A DNA stretch of 14,762 bases. It comes from a virus. The translations under genes and the position numbers were made by a program. Location of the stretch: the UHGV virus genome UHGV-0206032. One strand, written 5' to 3'. A model generated the notes under the pieces. That model was not told where the DNA came from, searched no databases, and was given only the letters and a program-made list of their open reading frames with translations. Shown in pieces: positions 7,844 to 14,762 of the stretch (the first letter of the stretch is position 1; each line of letters opens with the position of its first letter).

Positions 7844-10261
7844 ATGTCCGATCTGCGCGTCGCGCTTCGTTTCCAGGCCCATGCGGGTAACAGTCGGCGC
7901 GAGATCGAGCAGATCAACCGTGACCTGCGCAAGGCTGGCAAGGAGGGCGCCAAGGCTCTGGCCGATGAAAGCTGGAAAGCGTCTTCTGCCATCACCAAGG
8001 TCGGCCAGGTCGGGGCCAACAGCTATAAAGTGATCCGTGCAGCAATGCGCGAAACCGCTACGGCTGGTTCCGGCACGCGCATCGAGGTCAGCAAGACAAC
8101 TGCTGAACTCAAGGATATGGCCAATGCAGCTCGCAAGGCTGCACGAGATGCGAAAACTGAGTTGCAGAACACCGACCGGCAAGGCGTGCAGCCCTTGCGC
8201 CAGAGCGTTGATAAGACAGAGGCATCCTTCCGGCGCATGGCACAGAACAGCGGTCGCAGCCTGCGAACTTTGAAAACCATCGCTATGGGTGTGCGTCAGG
8301 AGTTTGATCGCATCAAGGGGCTGGGCGGGAGCATGCAAGGGAAACTGGCTGGGTTAGGTGTGGGAGTCGGTGTTGTGTCGGGCGTGACATCAAGTGCAAA
8401 GCTGGACCGCCAGCTTATACGTACTCAACAAACTGCGGGCATGTCAGTTGAACAGCGTGAAGAATGGCGTGGTGAACAGTGGCGCTTAGCAAAAACCTAC
8501 GGCATTGAACGTGAGCAAGTTCAAACAGGGTTCGATACCTTGATCGCAAGTGGTATGTCCTACGATAAAGCGAAAGCAAGTTCCGGAGCTATCGCTCAAG
8601 CAACAGCAGTTACGGGGGCTGACTCCGGGATTCTGGCTAAAGCGCTTATAACTGGTGCGAGCGCTTTTGATATTGACCTCTCTAAGCCCAACGCTGCTGT
8701 AGACATCTTGCAAAAAATGATCGTTGCTGGCCGTCTGGGTAACGCTGAACTTGAGAATCTATCAAGCATTTTCCCTAAAGTGGGGCAGGACGCCAAGTCG
8801 GCGGGCATGTCCATGGCTCAGTCTCTTTCGTTTGTTGAAACGTTATCTCTTATTGAACTTGAACCTGATCGTCTAGGAACTCTGGCGCAATCGACTTTGC
8901 GTGCATTCAACAATGGTAATTACCGCAAGAGCGTTACGAAAAATACAGGCGTCGATTTTTTCAACAAGGATAAGTCTGTAAGGAATACTCAGGATGTATT
9001 TCTTGACCTACAGCACAAATACAAATCACTTAAGAATGACAAAGATCGCGCTCGATTCATGGATGTGGTGTTTGGAAAGATGGACCAGGACACGCAAAAG
9101 GGAGTTAAGGCGTTCTTGACTGGTGATCGACTGGAGAACTTTGCTAAAAGTACCGGGGACATTAATAACGCCAAAGGCGTTATTGAAAAGGATCTGGCCG
9201 ATAACATGAGCAGTTCGACTGCTGTCGGTTCTCGAATGAAGGCCAGCCTTGGCGAAGCCATCGACCGTATGGCGAAGCCATTGAACAAAGGCTTTGCAGA
9301 CCTCGGCAGTTACCTGCTCGATGATCTGAATTTGTCAGGCGAGCAAATGCTGGTCGGTGGTGCCGCACTGGGAGTCGGTGGCTACTACGCCGGACGCGGT
9401 GCCAAAGCAGGCGCAGGCGCTTTGCTCAACAAGTTTATGGGTGGACCGGAGACCTTGAAAAACATCGCCGTGGGCAAGGTGTTGGAAGAAGCCACGGGCG
9501 TTACATCTGTTTTCGTCACCAACTGGCCTGCTGGTGCGCCCCTCGGTATTGGCAGCGGTCCCGACCTGCCCAATGGTCCCAGTTCCGGTAAAGGCAACGG
9601 GAAGCCAGGTGGTTTTATCACCCCGTGGCTAGCACCCTTGGCTTTAGCTGCGACGGCCACGCAGATCGGCGGGGCAAGTGCGACGGCTACAGACGAAGGT
9701 CGCCTCGATGCTGCCCAGCGCAGCAAGCTGCTTAACGATGATCAGCGAACGTACCAGGCGTCCTTCTACCGCAACCGCATGGCCCTGGCCGACAGGAATC
9801 CCAGCCAGTCATCTGATTGGCTGTCCTCAGAGGCCCAACGCCTGGCGCACCATGAAACCGGCCTGACAGCTGCGGGCCTGCCCATCGATGGCGCAAACAC
9901 CTGGGCCCAAGGCATCGCCGGTCGTGCCCTGGCTGCGGGTGCCAACACCTTCACAGCACAACAACGCCTGCGGGACATGATGGCGCAATCCGGTACCAGC
10001 CAGCCTTCGACCTGGTTAGCCGACCAGGCGCAACGCCTGGCTAACCCGTTGTCGGGCGGCAGCATGGCTGGCTTTCCTGGAATTGCCGGCAACGGCTCCG
10101 CACCAGGTGCAATCGGTGCCAATCCTGCCGCACAAGCCGCCGAGGAACGCCTCCGCTCCTTGCTCACCCAGCCGCTGATCATTGAAGTGCGTACTGACTC
10201 ACGGATGATCCAGGCCGAGGTTGAGCGTCGAACTGATATTCAGATGAGGCGCGGCGGATGA
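7844..10261 (+). CDS. Tail tape measure protein
   Basis: 805-aa ORF with RBS GGGAG, downstream of the chaperone. Has Gly-rich/hydrophobic stretches, a conserved-looking central core and C-terminal repeats. Stop overlaps the next start (ATGA). Confidence 0.85.
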   Translation: MSDLRVALRFQAHAGNSRREIEQINRDLRKAGKEGAKALADESWKASSAITKVGQVGANSYKVIRAAMRETATAGSGTRIEVSKTTAELKDMANAARKAARDAKTELQNTDRQGVQPLRQSVDKTEASFRRMAQNSGRSLRTLKTIAMGVRQEFDRIKGLGGSMQGKLAGLGVGVGVVSGVTSSAKLDRQLIRTQQTAGMSVEQREEWRGEQWRLAKTYGIEREQVQTGFDTLIASGMSYDKAKASSGAIAQATAVTGADSGILAKALITGASAFDIDLSKPNAAVDILQKMIVAGRLGNAELENLSSIFPKVGQDAKSAGMSMAQSLSFVETLSLIELEPDRLGTLAQSTLRAFNNGNYRKSVTKNTGVDFFNKDKSVRNTQDVFLDLQHKYKSLKNDKDRARFMDVVFGKMDQDTQKGVKAFLTGDRLENFAKSTGDINNAKGVIEKDLADNMSSSTAVGSRMKASLGEAIDRMAKPLNKGFADLGSYLLDDLNLSGEQMLVGGAALGVGGYYAGRGAKAGAGALLNKFMGGPETLKNIAVGKVLEEATGVTSVFVTNWPAGAPLGIGSGPDLPNGPSSGKGNGKPGGFITPWLAPLALAATATQIGGASATATDEGRLDAAQRSKLLNDDQRTYQASFYRNRMALADRNPSQSSDWLSSEAQRLAHHETGLTAAGLPIDGANTWAQGIAGRALAAGANTFTAQQRLRDMMAQSGTSQPSTWLADQAQRLANPLSGGSMAGFPGIAGNGSAPGAIGANPAAQAAEERLRSLLTQPLIIEVRTDSRMIQAEVERRTDIQMRRGG

Positions 10262-11601
10262 GCTGGGCAGAGAACCTGCTGGACGCTTCCTTCCGTGGCG
10301 TCCCGCTCCAAGTAGAAGGCGAAAGCCTACAATGGCAACGCGCCCTGTCTGAGCATGGGACGCCGTTCAAGGATGGCGACCGGGTCAAAGACCTGGGCCG
10401 TGGTGCGCGCCGTATCCCCATGCAAGTAGTGGTGTTCGGCGTCAATTACGAGATCGAACTCCAGAACATCCTCCGTACCTTGAATACACCAGGTACGGGC
10501 GAACTGATCCACCCGATCTACGGCAGCATGAATGTCGTCAGCAGCACCGGCGAGGTAAAGCACAGCGCCGAGCGGCCAGACTATGCCGAGATCAGCATAG
10601 TGTTTGTTGAGGACACGCCCGACGCTCCATTCTTCGACCGGCAGTTTGAATTTGTCGATGTCGGCGTATTGGGGTTGGAGGATGAATACACCTGGCAGGA
10701 TGGCATCTTCGATCTGTTCGGCCGTATTGATTCCCTGGTCGGCGAGATTCAATCGTGGATCGGCGGGGGCTGGGTAGGACTGATCGAAAAGGCCCTGGGC
10801 TTGCCTGGCATTGGCCTGCGCTTGCAACAGCTGCGCTCGCAGATCATGGGTGTGGTGTCCGGCGTCGGGTCGATGGCCAAGCGGCCATCAGGGGCGTTTG
10901 ATCCCCTGGTCGACCTGATGCGCACACCCTCGGAGATCCGAGGCGCCATCCAGGGCAGCACGCCCAGTTCGTCAACGACGCTACTAGCTCGCACTGGCGT
11001 ACCCGTTAGCTTGCCTGGTAATGCCAGCCTGGTGGCGGATGCTGCGCGTGCGGGTACTGGCTTTCTGATAGGTGCCCGACAAGGTGTGGCACCCACCGTC
11101 GGCCTGCTGATCGACGGCGTACCGACCAATGCGGGCAGCGCCCTGGTGCTGCTGCCCGACGGAATGCCGGATGATCCGGTTACCGCTAACGGTTTCGCCC
11201 TGGTCGTCCTGGTCATCACTGAACTGGCACTGGCTCACGCCCAGGCGGTAGCCACCGTCATCGAGGACGAAGCCGATACGCCGACGTTGAGTCCATTAGA
11301 GCTGGAAGGCCTGGTTAATTTGGTGCGCTCGCTGGTGCAGTCGTCCATCCTTCTACAACGTCACCTTTTCGACGTAGAGACCGCACTGCCGATCATTGAT
11401 GCATTGCGCAACGTCGCCGCGTTGATCCAGGCCCGCGCCCGTCAAGTCATTTTGCAAAGTCCTCCGATGCTTGAGCGGGTGGTTGAGACGCCTGCAAGCC
11501 TACATTTGCTGGCTCACCGCTGGTATGGCGGGCCGAGTGGAAGGAAAAGGTCGAAGCGGCCGCTGCTCGCGTCGACAAGATCGCCAAAAAAGGCGGCATG
11601 A
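10258..11601 (+). CDS. DNA circulation protein (Mu N / gp43-like)
   Basis: 447-aa ORF. N-terminus (ASFRGVPLQVEG, LGRGARRIP, GTGELIHPIYGS) matches the DNA circulation protein N-terminal domain as recalled for Mu N. The 3' end is uncertain: its last ~40 codons overlap other frames (see findings). Confidence 0.75.
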   Translation: MSWAENLLDASFRGVPLQVEGESLQWQRALSEHGTPFKDGDRVKDLGRGARRIPMQVVVFGVNYEIELQNILRTLNTPGTGELIHPIYGSMNVVSSTGEVKHSAERPDYAEISIVFVEDTPDAPFFDRQFEFVDVGVLGLEDEYTWQDGIFDLFGRIDSLVGEIQSWIGGGWVGLIEKALGLPGIGLRLQQLRSQIMGVVSGVGSMAKRPSGAFDPLVDLMRTPSEIRGAIQGSTPSSSTTLLARTGVPVSLPGNASLVADAARAGTGFLIGARQGVAPTVGLLIDGVPTNAGSALVLLPDGMPDDPVTANGFALVVLVITELALAHAQAVATVIEDEADTPTLSPLELEGLVNLVRSLVQSSILLQRHLFDVETALPIIDALRNVAALIQARARQVILQSPPMLERVVETPASLHLLAHRWYGGPSGRKRSKRPLLASTRSPKKAA

Positions 11602-11650
11602 GTCAGACAACAGCGGACGAAATCCGGCGCGAGATCCTGGGGATGGCATC

Positions 11651-13204
11651 GTGAGTCTGCCCCTCGTCCTAGACAGCACCGCCACTTTGCTTGCCCCAGC
11701 GGTCTTACTCGACTATCAGAAAGAGTGGATCGGTATACGCGCCCCACTCAAGGTTGGCGAGAAATCCCGGCGTATCGGTCTCACATGGGCTGAGGCGGCA
11801 GACAACGTCCTGGTAGCCGCGTCCGAAAAATCGGCGGGCGGTCAAACTGTCTATTACCTCGGCTACAACCAAGACATGACCGTGGAGTACATCCAGGCAT
11901 GCGCCATGTGGGCGCGGGCCTATAACTACGCGGCCGAGCAAATAGAAGAAGGCATCTGGCCCGACAGCGACCCCGACAAACACATCAAGACCTACACCAT
12001 CGCGTTTCCCAGCGGCCACCGCATCGTCGCGCTGACCAGTCGCCCGTCCAACCTGCGTGGGCGTCAGGGCGTTGTCGTGATCGACGAAGCCGCGTTCCAT
12101 GCGGACTTGGCCGAGCTGCTCAAAGCTGCAATGGCTCTGTTGATCTGGGGCGGTGAAGTCCATGTGATCAGCACCCACGACGGTACGGAGAACCCCTTCA
12201 ACGACCTGGTCAACGAAATCCGGTCAGGCAAGCGCAATGGTGAAGTGTTCCGCTGCACGTTCGGTGAAGCCGTTGCCGATGGTCTGTACAAGCGTGTCTG
12301 CCTGCGTAAAGGCATTGGGTACAGGCTTGAGGATCAAATCGCCTGGGTGAATGACGTATACGACTTCTACGGCGATGCAGCCGACGAAGAATTAGACTGC
12401 GTGCCATCCCAGGGTGGCGGTGCCTTCCTCAGCATGGCCCTGGTTGAGCAGCGCAGTAACCGTGACGTGCCGGTACTGCGCCTGGCATACCCGCAGGGTT
12501 ACGAAACCATCGCCGAACACTTGCGCCTGGCCGAGTCCCTGGAGTGGTGCGAAGAGCATTTGCTCCCGCTGCTTTCGGCCATTCCCCTGGACGTTCAGAG
12601 CTTCTATGGCATGGACTTCGGGCGCTCCGGAGACCTCTCGGTCTTCTGGCCATTGCTCAAAGAGCAGAATCTGCGCAAACGCACGCCCTTTGTGGTCGAG
12701 CTGCGTAACGTCCCGTTCAAGCAACAACTCCAGATTAAGTTTTACATCATTCGTCGCTTACCCAACTTCCTCAAAGGCGCCGACGACGCCAGGGGCAACG
12801 GCTCGCAACTGTCGGAAGACACTGCCGTCGAGTTCGGCTTCAACCGCATCGAGCGTGTGATGCTCACCGAGGGCTGGTATCGCGACAACATGCCGCCGTT
12901 CAAGGCCGCCCTGGAAGATGACACCTTCTACGACATCCCGGCCGACAAGGATGTGGTTAGCGACGTGCGTGCCTTTCGGATGGTCAAGGGCGTGGCTCGC
13001 ATCCCCGAAAAGCGCACCAACGAAAAGGGCGAAAAGTCCGGACCGAAGCGCCATGGCGACGCCGGTATCGCGGCCGTACTGGCCGACTACGCCTCTCGTC
13101 AAGATGTCGAAATCTTCGAATATCACCGCGTCCAGCCAGCCGTCCAGCATGATCGCGAGATCAAGCACGGGGCTGGGTGGCGCTCTCAGAAAGGCATTTG
13201 GTAA
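11651..13204 (+). CDS. Terminase large subunit (Mu gp28-like)
   Basis: Frame of track ORF 11471..13204, but start proposed at GTG 11651 (RBS GGGGA 7 nt upstream); the upstream in-frame part is Arg-rich junk overlapping gene N. Motifs: LLDYQKEW near N-terminus, Walker-B-like VVVIDEAAF, ISTHDG, nuclease-domain-like GMDFGRSGDLSV, C-terminal RHGDAGIAAVLA. Confidence 0.75.
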   Translation: MSLPLVLDSTATLLAPAVLLDYQKEWIGIRAPLKVGEKSRRIGLTWAEAADNVLVAASEKSAGGQTVYYLGYNQDMTVEYIQACAMWARAYNYAAEQIEEGIWPDSDPDKHIKTYTIAFPSGHRIVALTSRPSNLRGRQGVVVIDEAAFHADLAELLKAAMALLIWGGEVHVISTHDGTENPFNDLVNEIRSGKRNGEVFRCTFGEAVADGLYKRVCLRKGIGYRLEDQIAWVNDVYDFYGDAADEELDCVPSQGGGAFLSMALVEQRSNRDVPVLRLAYPQGYETIAEHLRLAESLEWCEEHLLPLLSAIPLDVQSFYGMDFGRSGDLSVFWPLLKEQNLRKRTPFVVELRNVPFKQQLQIKFYIIRRLPNFLKGADDARGNGSQLSEDTAVEFGFNRIERVMLTEGWYRDNMPPFKAALEDDTFYDIPADKDVVSDVRAFRMVKGVARIPEKRTNEKGEKSGPKRHGDAGIAAVLADYASRQDVEIFEYHRVQPAVQHDREIKHGAGWRSQKGIW

Positions 13205-14760
13205 TGGCTGACTCCAAAATCGTCGACCAGTACGGTCGCCCGATCCAGTACGACAAACTCACGGAAGAGCTGGCAGTTGCCCGCACCACCGGCATTCGCC
13301 AGATTTGGCACCAGTCGGTGGCCAACGGCCTGACACCTCAGCGTCTGGCGAGTATTTTGCGGGCCGCTGCCGAGGGATCAGCTAATGACTACCTGACCCT
13401 TGCTGAGGAAATGGAAGAACGGGATCTGCATTATGCCTCGGTGTTAGGCACACGTAAGCTGGCAGTGGCCGGGTTGTCGGTTCGGATCGAGGCAGCCAGC
13501 GACGATCCCGAGGACGTACGCCGGGCCGATCAGCTCAAGGAGCTAGTTGACTCTCCCGAGTTTGGCGAGCTTCAGGCGGACCTGACTGACGCCATGGGCA
13601 AAGGCTATGCCGTCTCCGAAATCATGTGGGACCGTAGTGGTAAGACCTGGAATCCTGAGCGTTTTGAACCCCGCGATCAGCGATTCTTCCAATTTGACCG
13701 TGAAACCGGCCGGGAGCTGCGCCTGCTCGATGAGGCTGATCCGATCAATGGTGTTGCCCTGGCTCCGTACAAATTCATTGTTCATCTGCCGCGTATCCGC
13801 TCTGGTCTTCCGATCCGGGGCGGCCTGGCGCGCCTCGCGGCTGTTGGCTACATGTGCAAGGCCTGGACTTGGAAGGACTGGATGGGCTTTGCTGACATCT
13901 TCGGCATGCCGATGCGCGTCGGCCGGTACGGCGCAGGTGCGAGCAAGGAAGACATCAGCACTCTGATGTCTGCGGTGGCCAACCTGGGCAGCGATGCAGC
14001 AGCGGTGATCCCGGACAGCATGCGCATTGAGTTTACCCAGGCCGCCAATGTGGGCGGTGCCGGGGACTTCTTCAAAGGGCTGGCCGAATGGTGGGATAAA
14101 CAAGTCAGTAAGGCCGTAGTCGGTCAGACCATGTCCACCGACGACGGCTCCAGCCAAGCCCAGGCAACGATTCATAACGAAGTTCGTATAGACCTACTGC
14201 AAGCCGATGCCAAGGCCGAATCCAACACCTTGAACCGCTACTTTGTGCGGCCCTGGTGCGATCTGAACTTTGCACCTGGTCGTCCGTATCCGCGGCTGAT
14301 CATTGATGTGCCAAAGCCAGAAAACACCAAGATCCTGATCGAGGCACTCAAGACACTCGTTCCGTTAGGGTTGAAGGTCGAGCAGTCCGTAATCCGCGAC
14401 AAGCTCAATATCCCGGCTCCGGCCGAGGGTGCCGAACTGCTGGGCATCCCGCCACCCGTTGCCACTCCTGCGCTGGCCCAGGCTACCAACAGCGAGCAAA
14501 AGCCAGCCAAGCCGGTGGTAATGCCGGACATCGTGGATAACCAGGTGCGGACGCTTGAGCGGACTGTGGGGGTCTATATGGATGACATGGTCGAGCAGAT
14601 CAAGGAACTACTCGACACCGTCAGCAGCCTGGAAGAGTTCCGGGATCGGCTGATCGAAGCCTATCCAGCGATGACCACCAGCCAATTGGCCGATGCGATT
14701 GCTGATGGCCTGACGGCCGCCAGCATGGCTGGCCGCGATGACATTCTGAGAGGCCTGTAA
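13204..14760 (+). CDS. Portal protein (Mu gp29-like, DUF935-type)
   Basis: Start proposed at ATG 13204, which overlaps the TerL stop (TAATG), rather than the track's 13177. 518 aa, directly downstream of TerL. N-terminal region (IWHQSVANGLTPQRLASILRAAAEG...LAEEMEERDLHY) resembles the Mu gp29 portal family from memory. Confidence 0.75.
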   Translation: MADSKIVDQYGRPIQYDKLTEELAVARTTGIRQIWHQSVANGLTPQRLASILRAAAEGSANDYLTLAEEMEERDLHYASVLGTRKLAVAGLSVRIEAASDDPEDVRRADQLKELVDSPEFGELQADLTDAMGKGYAVSEIMWDRSGKTWNPERFEPRDQRFFQFDRETGRELRLLDEADPINGVALAPYKFIVHLPRIRSGLPIRGGLARLAAVGYMCKAWTWKDWMGFADIFGMPMRVGRYGAGASKEDISTLMSAVANLGSDAAAVIPDSMRIEFTQAANVGGAGDFFKGLAEWWDKQVSKAVVGQTMSTDDGSSQAQATIHNEVRIDLLQADAKAESNTLNRYFVRPWCDLNFAPGRPYPRLIIDVPKPENTKILIEALKTLVPLGLKVEQSVIRDKLNIPAPAEGAELLGIPPPVATPALAQATNSEQKPAKPVVMPDIVDNQVRTLERTVGVYMDDMVEQIKELLDTVSSLEEFRDRLIEAYPAMTTSQLADAIADGLTAASMAGRDDILRGL

Positions 14761-14762
14761 AC

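Noticed and set aside
11471-11650. Upstream extension of the terminase ORF (track start at ATG 11471)
   Set aside because: This in-frame segment is Arg-rich (RSGRCSRRQDRQKRRHE...) and overlaps the 3' end of gene N. The conserved LLDYQKEW motif lies ~20 codons after GTG 11651, which has a GGGGA RBS and GTGA coupling, so 11651 is preferred.
13177-13203. Earlier ATG (13177) as the portal start
   Set aside because: It overlaps the terminase 3' end by 28 nt. ATG 13204 overlaps the terminase stop in a TAATG arrangement typical of this operon and gives an N-terminus (MADSKIV...) consistent with what I recall of Mu gp29-type portals.
1-14762. CRISPR arrays, tRNA/rRNA genes, integrase, Mu A/B transposase, lysis cassette, small terminase, baseplate genes
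   Set aside because: Looked for but not recognised: no regularly spaced direct repeats, no tRNA-like cloverleaf candidates in the single intergenic gap, and no ORF with corresponding motifs. Their absence feeds the synteny finding and is not annotated as a feature.

Overview
The window is a single, co-directional (+ strand) late-morphogenesis operon of a Mu-like (transposable-phage-type) myovirus or prophage, in a high-GC (~60%, Pseudomonas-like) background. In order it encodes: MuF-type head morphogenesis protein, Mu G-like virion morphogenesis protein, a ~250 bp AT-richer gap, Mu I-like prohead protease/scaffold, Mu T-like major capsid protein, four small head-completion / head-tail joining proteins (Mu gp35-38 analogues), tail sheath, tail tube, a tail assembly chaperone with a candidate -1 programmed frameshift, tape measure protein and DNA circulation protein (Mu N-like). 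These are followed directly by a large terminase subunit and a portal protein, which is not the canonical Mu order. Family assignments rest on remembered motifs and Mu synteny, not on any search. No tRNA, rRNA, CRISPR array, transposase, integrase, small terminase, baseplate or lysis gene was recognised. Most notable: (1) the N -> TerL junction, with three reading frames overlapping and start/stop coupling, making the window look like a rotated or tandem Mu module; (2) a ~0.9 kb low-GC segment inside the tape measure gene; (3) an A_AAA_AAG slippery heptamer, in frame, in the tail chaperone gene. The minus-strand ORFs in the track are antisense to well-supported genes and are treated as high-GC artefacts.
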